Origin: Propionibacteriaceae bacterium
GTDB taxonomy: Bacteria; Actinomycetota; Actinomycetes; Propionibacteriales; Propionibacteriaceae
Assembly (NCBI GenBank): GCA_031256725.1
Contig: JAIRQE010000021.1
Coordinates: 120,001 to 152,000, forward strand
Length of the DNA stretch: 32,000 nucleotides
Direction: 5' to 3'
Shown: in pieces, positions 23,911 through 32,000 of the stretch
Position numbering within the stretch: position 1 is the first letter of the stretch
Layout: each line of letters opens with the position of its first letter
Notes under the pieces: model-generated
Database searches by the model: none
Told to the model about the DNA's origin: nothing
Seen by the model: the letters and a program-made list of their open reading frames with translations, nothing else
Made by a program: the position numbers and the translations under genes

Positions 23911-25193
23911 TCGGTATCACCTGGATGTTGATCATCTTCTTTGCACTACTACTTCTCAGGGCCCCCATTAGTGTTGCCCTATGTACCTCAGCGATGGTGT
24001 ACTTCCTTCTCTCGGGGCAGCCCTTTGAGTTTGTTGCCCAAAGGATCGTTGCCGGTGTGGATTCCTTCCCACTTATGGCTATTCCCTTATTTGTCTTAGC
24101 GGGTACTGCGATGGCCCGCGGAGGAATAGCGAGCGCCAACCTGGAGTTTGCTGACACTCTCGTGGGTCACTGGCGCGGTGGCCTGGCTCAGGTCAATGTC
24201 TTGAATAGCGTCTTCATGGGCGGAATGACTGGATCAGCGGTGGCAGATGCTGCCACTGATGCGAAGGTCTTGGTACCCGTCATGATCCGCAAAGGCTACT
24301 CCAATGAGTTCTCCTCGGCTTTGAGTGCCGCATCGGGGATCATCGCCCCACTCATTCCTCCAGGAATCGGTTTAGTACTCTATGCCCTGACTGTTCAAGA
24401 GTCAGTAGGGCGACTCTTCCTAGGTTCACTGATCCCAGCATTACTGATTGCTCTAGTCATGAGTGTGACAGTGAACCTTGTTGCTCGACATCGGGGATTC
24501 AGGTCTGACCGTACTCGTCGCGCACGAGGAAAAGAGATCTGGAAGGCCTTTATAAGGGCTCTGCCAGCCCTTGGTATGCCCTTCTTGTTGATCGTCGGTT
24601 TGCGCATGGGAATGTTCACGCCCACTGAATTGGCAGCGCTAGCAGCCGCCTACTCCCTGATCGTGGGGGCCTTCATCTATCGCAAGATCAACTTCAAGAA
24701 CCTTCCCGCGATCTTCCGTGAGGCTGTTGTGGCCAGCGGTATGGTCATGCTCCTCATTGGCGGTGGTGCAGCATTCGGTAATGCCATGATCCGTGAACGG
24801 GTACCTCAAAAGGTAGCTGGGTTGCTTACATCATTATCCGACAATTGGATGGTCATTCTGATCATTATCAATGTGCTCCTGCTGATTCTTGGCATGATCA
24901 TGGATGGTTCCATGCTGATTATTATGCTGGCCCCCCTCCTCGCAGTGGCGACAGCTCAGTTGGGCATCGATCCGATTCACTTCGGGGTACTCATGGTGAT
25001 CAACATCACTATCGGAGGTATTACTCCGCCGGCAGGAGTGGTGCTACTCTCTGTGGTTGGTATCACAAAAGCACCGATGGGCAAATCCTTCATGGAGATG
25101 GTGCCATTCCTGATCGGGAGTATCGGAGTGCTCTTCCTTGTCTCATTCGTCCCAGACATCATTCTGTGGCTACCCAATCTCATCATGGGCTAA
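23907..25193 (+). CDS. dctM: TRAP transporter large permease (DctM family)
   Basis: 428 aa with about 12 TM helices and typical DctM length and composition (..FPLMAIPLFVLAG.., ..GGITPPAGVVL..). Confidence 0.9.
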   Translation: MIGITWMLIIFFALLLLRAPISVALCTSAMVYFLLSGQPFEFVAQRIVAGVDSFPLMAIPLFVLAGTAMARGGIASANLEFADTLVGHWRGGLAQVNVLNSVFMGGMTGSAVADAATDAKVLVPVMIRKGYSNEFSSALSAASGIIAPLIPPGIGLVLYALTVQESVGRLFLGSLIPALLIALVMSVTVNLVARHRGFRSDRTRRARGKEIWKAFIRALPALGMPFLLIVGLRMGMFTPTELAALAAAYSLIVGAFIYRKINFKNLPAIFREAVVASGMVMLLIGGGAAFGNAMIRERVPQKVAGLLTSLSDNWMVILIIINVLLLILGMIMDGSMLIIMLAPLLAVATAQLGIDPIHFGVLMVINITIGGITPPAGVVLLSVVGITKAPMGKSFMEMVPFLIGSIGVLFLVSFVPDIILWLPNLIMG

Positions 25194-25273
25194 CGAGCCC
25201 ACGGGGAACAATCGCATATGAGCAACAGGGCTCATAGCGACACAACTATATAACTGAAGAAGTGGAGAGATTA

Positions 25274-26041
25274 ATGAATAGAAAGTTTCGTAACAAGGTA
25301 CGTTCCCGTGAATTCCTTCTCGGTACATGGGCAACCACCTCGGATCCGGCCATGATGGAAGCCATGGGTCAATCTGACCTGGAGTTCATCATCATCGACG
25401 CCGAGCATGGGCCGTACTCACCCGAAACCCTGCAAACCTGCTTGATGGCACTCACCCCCTATCCAGTCGGTGTTTTCGTGAGAGTCGGCAGTCTTGAGCC
25501 CATCGACCTCATGAGGCCATTGGACATGGGTGCTGATGGCATCATCATCCCGCGCGTCAACAGCGCTGAGGAAGTCGAGCACATCGTGCGTTGGACACGG
25601 TACCCACCGATCGGCGTGCGTGGGTACGGGCCCCGCCGGGCTGCCAGCTATTGCCGTTTCGAAAAGGAGTACGTTGCCGCAAGCGAGGATCACATCGCGA
25701 TCGTACCCATGGTCGAAACCGCTGGTGCTGCCAAGGAATTGGAAAAGATGGCAGCAGTACCAGGCATCGATGGTCTCCTAGTCGGACGCAATGACCTGTC
25801 AGGTTCCATTGGTCTCGAATGGCAGCCGACTCATCCAACTGTCATGGGTATCGTCGAGAGGGTCGTCAAGGCTTGTGCCGATAACGGTATCGCTTCTGGT
25901 ATTGCCTCGGGATATACCCATGAGAACGTTCGAGTCTGGGACGAGATGGGTCTAACCATGGTCGCCGCTGGCTTGGACTATGAATGGATGAAGATCGCTG
26001 CTGATGATCTTGCCTCCTATGAGCGTCTTCCACGGGGATAA
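25274..26041 (+). CDS. HpcH/HpaI-family (class II, divalent-metal) 2-keto-3-deoxy-acid aldolase
   Basis: ATG 25274 with GGAGAG 4 nt upstream. Motifs: GTWATTSDPAMMEAMG, FIIIDAEHGP, VFVRV, PLDMGADGIIIPRVNSAEE, RYPPIGVRGYG, VPMVET and LLVGRNDLS. Confidence 0.85.
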   Translation: MNRKFRNKVRSREFLLGTWATTSDPAMMEAMGQSDLEFIIIDAEHGPYSPETLQTCLMALTPYPVGVFVRVGSLEPIDLMRPLDMGADGIIIPRVNSAEEVEHIVRWTRYPPIGVRGYGPRRAASYCRFEKEYVAASEDHIAIVPMVETAGAAKELEKMAAVPGIDGLLVGRNDLSGSIGLEWQPTHPTVMGIVERVVKACADNGIASGIASGYTHENVRVWDEMGLTMVAAGLDYEWMKIAADDLASYERLPRG

Positions 26042-26044
26042 ATA

Positions 26045-27088
26045 ATGAAAGCGATTGTCTACCTCGGTGACGGTAAGTACGAACTCCAGGAGATTCCCAC
26101 ACCAACTCCGGGGCCTGGTGAGGTACTCGTCAGAGTTGATGCGAACACCATCTGTGGCACAGATCTGAGGATCGTGGCGGGTGCGAAGAAAAAGGGAGTC
26201 TATCCACCTGTGGTTTTAGGTCATGAACTTGCCGGCACCGTGGTAGAGGTCGGCCCAGGATTTGACCGACTGCAGGTCGATGATCGGGTCGGCATGACAC
26301 CCAGTATCACCTGTGGTTGGTGTGATTCATGCCAGCGTGGATGGTTCAACCTGTGCGCCAATGTACTGGTTCTTGGCCATAGTGTTCACGGTGGTCTGGC
26401 AGAGTACTTCCTGGCTCCAGCGCAAGCAATGAACAATGGGGGTTTGGTACGAGCATCCTCAGATCTGCTTCCAGAAGAGATTGCGCTTACTGAGCCCCTG
26501 TCGTGTGTACTCCATGCTCATCGACTTCTTGGGACTGGCCTAGGTGAAACTGTTGTGGTGATCGGTGGGGGCCCGATTGGGCAGCTTCATGCCCAGCTTG
26601 CGCGTAGTTTGGGAGCACGTCAGGTGATCATGAGTGAACCCGTGGAGTCCCGTCGCGATCTTGCCCTCAAACTTGGTACAAACATCGTGGTTGATCCTAT
26701 CCGAGAGGACCTCGTCTCGATGGTTGCTGAAGCTACTGGCGGTCTCGGAGCTGACGTGGTCATCGTGTGTACAGGAGTACCAGACCTGGTAGCTCCAGCC
26801 GTAGAGGTCGCTCGTCCACGCGGAAGAATATCACTGTTTGCGGGGTTCCCAGCTGGCATGATGGCAGGTATTGATCCCAATGCCATTCATTACCGTGAGT
26901 TAATCGTCACTGGTAGTTCCAATTCCACTGCTGAGGAGTACACCATGGCTTTGGATCTCATTGCTCAGCGGCAGATCGATGTACTCTCCCTTGTGAGCCA
27001 CCGATTCTGTCTCGATAACTTCGCTGAGGCAGTAGCCACGGCTGCTGATCTCAACACGATGAAAGTGGCAGTAAAACCGTCATCCTGA
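26045..27088 (+). CDS. Zn-dependent medium-chain alcohol/polyol dehydrogenase (sorbitol/threonine dehydrogenase-like)
   Basis: Catalytic zinc motifs are CGTDLR and GHELAGTVVEVG. The structural-zinc cluster is CGWCDSCQRGWFNLC. The Rossmann motif is VIGGGPIG. Confidence 0.9.
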   Translation: MKAIVYLGDGKYELQEIPTPTPGPGEVLVRVDANTICGTDLRIVAGAKKKGVYPPVVLGHELAGTVVEVGPGFDRLQVDDRVGMTPSITCGWCDSCQRGWFNLCANVLVLGHSVHGGLAEYFLAPAQAMNNGGLVRASSDLLPEEIALTEPLSCVLHAHRLLGTGLGETVVVIGGGPIGQLHAQLARSLGARQVIMSEPVESRRDLALKLGTNIVVDPIREDLVSMVAEATGGLGADVVIVCTGVPDLVAPAVEVARPRGRISLFAGFPAGMMAGIDPNAIHYRELIVTGSSNSTAEEYTMALDLIAQRQIDVLSLVSHRFCLDNFAEAVATAADLNTMKVAVKPSS

Positions 27089-27129
27089 TCCTGCGACTTC
27101 GCGCAGAAACCTCAACAAAGGAGGGGGTA

Positions 27130-28080
27130 ATGTCCCTGCAGAATCTTGACCAATGGCGTAAAACTGTCGATGAGCAGTTTGCGCAACTCAAAGCCGAGCA
27201 CCCCGAAAAGCTCGAACGCCGGATCGATATGTCCTGGTCGAACTGGGGTTTCGGTCTGGAATCCCTAGCAGTCACCGCTGAACGTTTAGCCAAAGCCGGA
27301 TTGGAGTACATCGAACTCCATGGCAACCATTACGGCCCCGATCTTGGGTACAAAGTGGACGAGGCCAGAAGAATACTCGCAGACAACGGACTGAAACTCT
27401 CAGGGGTCTGTGGCATGTTTTCCACCGAATCTGAGTTCTCCTCCACCTCACATGCGACCCGCCAACGTGCCATTGACTACACCCGACGTGAGGTCGAGTT
27501 TTGCGCAGAATTGGGTGGTGAGTACCTCCTCCTCGTGCCAGGTGCCGTAGGTCGCCCGGATGCTTATGACAATTCAGAATGGTACCGCTCCACTCAGGCG
27601 CTAGGTATAGTCGCTGATGCGCTGACAGATGCTGGGATCAAGGGTGCGATCGAACCCATCCGCGCTGCCGAGGTTTCCCTAGTACACACTGTTGCAGAGG
27701 CAGTGGCCTATATTGACGATGTCGGGCATCCAGGTGTACAACACATCAATGGGGACGTGTACCACATGCAGGTTGAGGAGGTGAACATCCCTCTCGCGAT
27801 CATTGAAGCAGGGGATCGCCTCACGAACCTTCATCTCGCCGACTCGAATCGACGTGGTCTCGGTTGGGGCTCCCTTGATGTCGACACCCTGATCAAGGCG
27901 CTCTATGTAATCGGCTATAACACCCCAGGCCATTATGTGACTCCCGAACCGCTTGGTCCTGGTGCAGGCCCGTACCCTGCTATGCATTCACTCCAGGATC
28001 CAGCCATGTTGGATGAGCTTGTCTTTGGCACCGTCACCTACTGGAGACAACGTGAGGAAGCTGTTCTGGACAACGCATAG
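27130..28080 (+). CDS. Sugar or sugar-phosphate isomerase/epimerase, xylose-isomerase-like TIM barrel (AP endonuclease 2 fold)
   Basis: AGGAGGG RBS upstream. Candidate metal ligands have the spacing typical of this fold: IEP.., INGDVYHM and NLHLADSNR. The size (316 aa) is comparable with EryC, SgbU and ketose 3-epimerases. Confidence 0.7.
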   Translation: MSLQNLDQWRKTVDEQFAQLKAEHPEKLERRIDMSWSNWGFGLESLAVTAERLAKAGLEYIELHGNHYGPDLGYKVDEARRILADNGLKLSGVCGMFSTESEFSSTSHATRQRAIDYTRREVEFCAELGGEYLLLVPGAVGRPDAYDNSEWYRSTQALGIVADALTDAGIKGAIEPIRAAEVSLVHTVAEAVAYIDDVGHPGVQHINGDVYHMQVEEVNIPLAIIEAGDRLTNLHLADSNRRGLGWGSLDVDTLIKALYVIGYNTPGHYVTPEPLGPGAGPYPAMHSLQDPAMLDELVFGTVTYWRQREEAVLDNA

Positions 28081-28315
28081 AGCCTTATCCTTGTGTGACA
28101 GTGGGGCCGGTTCGTTGTTGACGCATTTTCGTGTCACGGGGACAGGTCTTTCATTGGTCCTTCACGAAAGGGACTTTCCTGGTTGCTCCCTGAGTTGGAG
28201 GAAAGATCTCTTCAATCCTCCTCAGATAGGGATAAACTCGGAAGCTGTGTACGATTAGGTGTTTGTGTATGCCCTTTGTGGGTATGCGTGCCCCGTACAG
28301 GGAAGGACTCCACAC

Positions 28316-30061
28316 ATGAAGATGCCCTTGAATCGGCTGGTCTTTCAATTCTTGAGACCCTATTGGGGGTGGCTGTTTTTGGTCATCCTCCTTCAGTTTG
28401 GTGCAACGATTGCAGGGTTGGAGTTGCCGCGACTGAATGCGGAGATCATCGATAATGGTGTCTCCAAGGGTGATACGGCCTACATCTGGAGTCATGGGGG
28501 AATCATGCTTGCGGTCTCCGCAGCACAGGTACTGTGTCAGATCCTCGCCGTATTCTTCGGTGCACGTTTGGCGATGTCCTTCGGTAGGGATGTACGCGGG
28601 CGGCTCTTCAAAAAGGTACTCTCCTTCTCGGCCCGAGAGGTGAACAAGTTCGGAGCCCCATCCCTGATCACCCGTAATACCAACGATGTTCAACAGGTAC
28701 AGATGCTCGTACTCATGAGTTGCATCATTATCTTCGGGGCACCAATCACCATGGTGGGCGGTGTCGTCATGGCCATCCGTACAAGTTGGGGCCTTTCATG
28801 GATCATCCTTGCTGCAGTGGTACTACTTGGGGTACTTGCCACGACCATCATCCTTAAGATGGGGCCACTGTTTAAATCTATGCAAACACGGATTGATACT
28901 GTCAACCGGGTACTGCGCGAACGTATCACAGGAATCAGAGTGGTTCGCGCTTTCGTACGTGAACCCTATGAGGCTGAACGTTTCGGGAAAGCTAATGCTG
29001 ACCTGATGGATGTTGGAGTCAAAGTGGGGCGTCTCATGATGACGATGTTCCCGCTCGTGATGTTCATCCTCAACATCTCAACGGTCGCAGTCATGTGGTT
29101 CGGCGCCAAGCAGATTTCCGCGATGGAGATGGAGATCGGTGGCCTGACAGCCTTCATCACCTACCTCATGCAGATCCTTATGTCGGTGATGATGGCGACA
29201 ATGATGGTCATCATGGTACCTCGTGCTGCCGTGTGTGCCGAGAGGATCATGGAGGTCTTCGACCAGAGGTCCACCGTAGTACCTGCCGAAAAACCCGTCA
29301 CGGAACTGACTGGTGAGGGCCGTTTCGCTTTCGAGAACGTTGCTTTCCGGTACGCCGGAGCCGCCGAATCCGTTATCTCTGGGATCACCTTCGCGATGGA
29401 ACCTGGACAGACGACAGCCATCATCGGTTCCACAGGTTCGGGGAAGACAACCCTAGTCAATCTTGTACCTCGGCTCTATGACGCCACTGAGGGTGTGGTC
29501 AGTCTCGATGGGGTGGATATCCGCGAGATTGACGAGCAACTCCTGTGGTCCAAGATCGGTTTAATTCCGCAGAAGCCGTACCTCTTTACAGGTACAGTTG
29601 CCTCAAATCTGAGGTACGGGAACCCGGATGCGACCGATGAGGAACTGTGGTATGCCCTTGAGGTTGCTCAAGCCAAGGACTTCGTATCCGAGATGCCAGG
29701 AAAGTTGGAGGAACCCATTTCGCAGGGGGGTACAAACGTTTCGGGTGGTCAACGTCAACGGCTCTCCATTGCTAGGGCCCTCGTCAAGAAGCCTGACATC
29801 TATATCTTTGATGATTCTTTCTCGGCCCTGGATGTGGCCACTGATGCCCGTTTGCGAGCCGCTCTTCATGAGGAAACCGACCATGCTGTGGTCATGATTG
29901 TTGCCCAGCGTGTCTCCACGATTCGTAATGCTGATCGCATCCTTGTTCTTGATGATGGAGGGATCGTAGGTGATGGTACCCATGATGAACTCCTTGCCAA
30001 CTGCCCGACCTACCAAGAGATTGTTGAATCTCAGATGACTGCAGAGGAGGCACTGGCATGA
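28316..30061 (+). CDS. ABC exporter permease/ATPase fusion, subunit 1 of a heterodimer (degenerate-site subunit)
   Basis: ATG 28316 (MKMPLNRLVFQFLRPYWG) with GGAAGGA upstream. Six TM helices. Walker A GSTGSGKTT, signature VSGGQRQRL, and Walker B IYIFDDSFSALD, with Asp replacing the catalytic Glu. Confidence 0.9.
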   Translation: MKMPLNRLVFQFLRPYWGWLFLVILLQFGATIAGLELPRLNAEIIDNGVSKGDTAYIWSHGGIMLAVSAAQVLCQILAVFFGARLAMSFGRDVRGRLFKKVLSFSAREVNKFGAPSLITRNTNDVQQVQMLVLMSCIIIFGAPITMVGGVVMAIRTSWGLSWIILAAVVLLGVLATTIILKMGPLFKSMQTRIDTVNRVLRERITGIRVVRAFVREPYEAERFGKANADLMDVGVKVGRLMMTMFPLVMFILNISTVAVMWFGAKQISAMEMEIGGLTAFITYLMQILMSVMMATMMVIMVPRAAVCAERIMEVFDQRSTVVPAEKPVTELTGEGRFAFENVAFRYAGAAESVISGITFAMEPGQTTAIIGSTGSGKTTLVNLVPRLYDATEGVVSLDGVDIREIDEQLLWSKIGLIPQKPYLFTGTVASNLRYGNPDATDEELWYALEVAQAKDFVSEMPGKLEEPISQGGTNVSGGQRQRLSIARALVKKPDIYIFDDSFSALDVATDARLRAALHEETDHAVVMIVAQRVSTIRNADRILVLDDGGIVGDGTHDELLANCPTYQEIVESQMTAEEALA

Positions 30062-32000
30062 GCAAGAATCCTCAGGTCGACACCCTAACAACTGGTACTG
30101 CCTCCGAGGCCCCTAAAGCCAACGAGCGCCCCAAATTTGGTCCTCCACGAAGGGGTCATGGTCCCATGGGTCATGGTGGTGCTCCCACTGAGAAGGCGAT
30201 CAACTTCATCCCCAGTTTGAAGAGACTCCTCACCTATCTCAGACCCGAAAAGATCAGGCTGCTCATTGTGCTGATTGCGGGGATCATTGCAACTGCTCTT
30301 AACGTCTATGCACCTAAGCTGCTAGGTCGAGCTACGGATACGATCTTCTCGGGTGTAATCGGAACGATGATCGGAAATCAGTTGTCGAATCCCGAGATCG
30401 CGGCTGCTCTGCCTCAGGTGTGCGCCCAAATCGGATGTGATCCGAATAACCTCACCAAGGATGACGTGCTGGCGCTGATGGAGATCATGTCCCAGAACTC
30501 GGATGTGGGTTCACCGATCCCATCCTCCATGACGGACATGTTGAGCGCAATCGACTTTATCCCAGGTGTGGGCGTTGATTTTGCTCGCCTCGCCACGATC
30601 ATCGCCATCGCTGTGGGACTCTATGTCGTCGCAGCCCTAGTAATGATCACTGTCGGGTGGATACTCAACGGTATTGTCCAGCGAACCGTCTTCTCCATGA
30701 GGACTCAGATGGCGGCCAAACTCGACCAACTCCCTCTGTCCTATTTCGATCGTCAGGCGCGCGGTGAACTCCTGTCGAGGGTTACCAATGACATCGACAA
30801 CATCTCTCAGTCTCTTCAACAGACCCTCTCGCAGGTGATGACTGCTGTACTGACTGTTCTGGGTGTCCTCATCATGATGGTGACGATCTCGCCATTGTTG
30901 ACAGTGGTAGCCGTGGTCACAATCCCGGTATCCATCCTTGTCGTCATGCAGATCGCTAAGCGTTCACAGCGGAAATTTGCGGCTATGTGGGCGGCCACTG
31001 GCGAACTCAATGCCCAGATTGAGGAGGCGTACTCTGGTCACGCTTTGGTGAAGGTCTTCGGTCGTCAACCCGAGGTTTCTGAGGTCGTGGACAAGAAGAA
31101 TGAGGAACTCTATGGGGCCGCTTTTGGGGCTCAGGCTCTTTCGAACTCGATCATGCCCATTATGGGTTTCATCGGAAACCTCGGCTATGTCGTCATTGCA
31201 GTCGTGGGTGGCTTGCGCGTTGCCTCAGGCCACATCTCTCTTGGTGATGTCCAGGCCTTCATCCAGTACTCCCGCCAGTTCACTCAACCAGTGAACCAGA
31301 TCGCATCAATGATGAATCTCTTGCAATCAGGCGTGGCCTCAGCTGAGAGGGTCTTCGAGGTACTGGATGAGACTGAGCAGACTCTAGATGGTCCCCAGTC
31401 TCTGCCTGAACCATTGGAGGGTCGCGTGGTGTTCGCCAACGTGGCCTTCTCCTATGATCCAACCAAGCCCCTGATCACGGACTTGGATCTTGTTGCTCTG
31501 CCCGGTCAGACCATCGCTATCGTTGGCCCGACTGGAGCTGGAAAGACCACACTGGTCAACCTTCTCATGCGCTTCTATGACATTAATGCTGGTCACATCA
31601 GTTTGGATGGTGTGGACACTGCTGCCGTACCCAGGGCTGCACTACGCGGCGAGGTTGGTATGGTACTCCAAGAAACTTGGCTCTTCCACGGTACGATCCG
31701 TGAGAACATCGCCTACGGTCGTCCTGATGCCACTGAGGAAGAGCTCATGGAGGCCGCTAAGGCAACCTACGTCGACCGCTTCGTACGCTCCCTGCCTGAG
31801 GGATACGACACTGTCATCGACGAGGAGGGTTCCAATGTTTCCGCTGGCGAGAAACAGCTCATCACGATTGCCAGGGCCTTCCTCGCTGATCCGTCGATCC
31901 TGATCCTTGATGAGGCAACATCCTCTGTTGACACCCGTACCGAAGTCCTAGTTCAACGAGCCATGGGTGCCCTGCGTAAGAATCGCACCTCCTTTGTGAT
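30058..32000 (+). CDS. ABC exporter permease/ATPase fusion, subunit 2 (canonical-site subunit); 3'-truncated by the window edge
   Basis: ATG 30058 overlaps the upstream stop (ATGA). My translation begins MSKNPQVDTLTTGTASEAPKANERPKFGPP... Walker A GPTGAGKTT, a non-canonical signature VSAGEKQL, and Walker B ILILDEATSSVD. The frame is still open at 32000. Confidence 0.9.
   Translation, partial: MSKNPQVDTLTTGTASEAPKANERPKFGPPRRGHGPMGHGGAPTEKAINFIPSLKRLLTYLRPEKIRLLIVLIAGIIATALNVYAPKLLGRATDTIFSGVIGTMIGNQLSNPEIAAALPQVCAQIGCDPNNLTKDDVLALMEIMSQNSDVGSPIPSSMTDMLSAIDFIPGVGVDFARLATIIAIAVGLYVVAALVMITVGWILNGIVQRTVFSMRTQMAAKLDQLPLSYFDRQARGELLSRVTNDIDNISQSLQQTLSQVMTAVLTVLGVLIMMVTISPLLTVVAVVTIPVSILVVMQIAKRSQRKFAAMWAATGELNAQIEEAYSGHALVKVFGRQPEVSEVVDKKNEELYGAAFGAQALSNSIMPIMGFIGNLGYVVIAVVGGLRVASGHISLGDVQAFIQYSRQFTQPVNQIASMMNLLQSGVASAERVFEVLDETEQTLDGPQSLPEPLEGRVVFANVAFSYDPTKPLITDLDLVALPGQTIAIVGPTGAGKTTLVNLLMRFYDINAGHISLDGVDTAAVPRAALRGEVGMVLQETWLFHGTIRENIAYGRPDATEEELMEAAKATYVDRFVRSLPEGYDTVIDEEGSNVSAGEKQLITIARAFLADPSILILDEATSSVDTRTEVLVQRAMGALRKNRTSFV

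Noticed and set aside
1-32000. A window-wide search for integrases, transposases, phage genes, tRNA/tmRNA, CRISPR repeats or recognisable defence-system domains (nucleases, helicases, methyltransferases, TIR/STAND and similar).
   Set aside because: I recognised none in any of the provided six-frame translations or in the intergenic sequence. The only mobility signature is the 62-bp direct repeat pair.

Overview
This window looks like a mid-GC chromosomal segment from a Gram-positive, actinobacterium-like organism. That origin is an inference from lipoboxes, Pro/Thr-rich linkers, a probable leaderless start and a heterodimeric ABC exporter. I support about 27 protein-coding genes and saw no rRNA, tRNA, CRISPR array, transposase or integrase.

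Layout from left to right:
- 1-112: the 3' end of an upstream gene.
- 170-1711: a GH13 lipoprotein.
- 1886-4033: a roughly 2-kb AT-richer three-gene islet. It is bracketed by 62-bp perfect direct repeats that duplicate the last 19 codons plus stop of the adjacent coiled-coil peptidoglycan hydrolase gene.
- 3972-9699: that hydrolase gene, then an M13 peptidase (PepO) and a PfkB kinase plus AGE-family isomerase pair.
- 9833-10975: a sigma-70-like domain fused to a transmembrane helix and a Pro/Thr-rich tail.
- 11001-14058: an SDR / GntR(FCD) / MFS unit.
- 14133-28080: a roughly 14-kb divergently transcribed carbohydrate catabolic supercluster. Leftward are a GlpD/EryB-like FAD dehydrogenase, two FGGY kinases, an LsrF-like class I aldolase/thiolase, a GntR(HutC) regulator and a cupin. 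Rightward are a paralogous cupin, TRAP dctPQM, an HpcH/HpaI aldolase, a Zn-ADH and a xylose-isomerase-like TIM barrel.
- 28316-32000: a heterodimeric ABC exporter with one degenerate ATP site, truncated at the right edge.

The most interesting points are:
- the repeat-bracketed islet, which holds a 5'-truncated membrane-active-looking ORF translationally coupled to a 3-TM miniprotein;
- the mosaic catabolic locus, whose gene set matches no characterised pathway that I can name;
- its control region, with two identical ACCTGT-N4-ACAGGT operators placed 6 nt downstream of the two divergent -10 boxes;
- the related TAGTA/TACTA palindromes at the promoters of the two cupin paralogues;
- a long-range RNA stem enclosing the dctQ initiation region.

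All family calls rest on motif recognition by eye. No database search was run.
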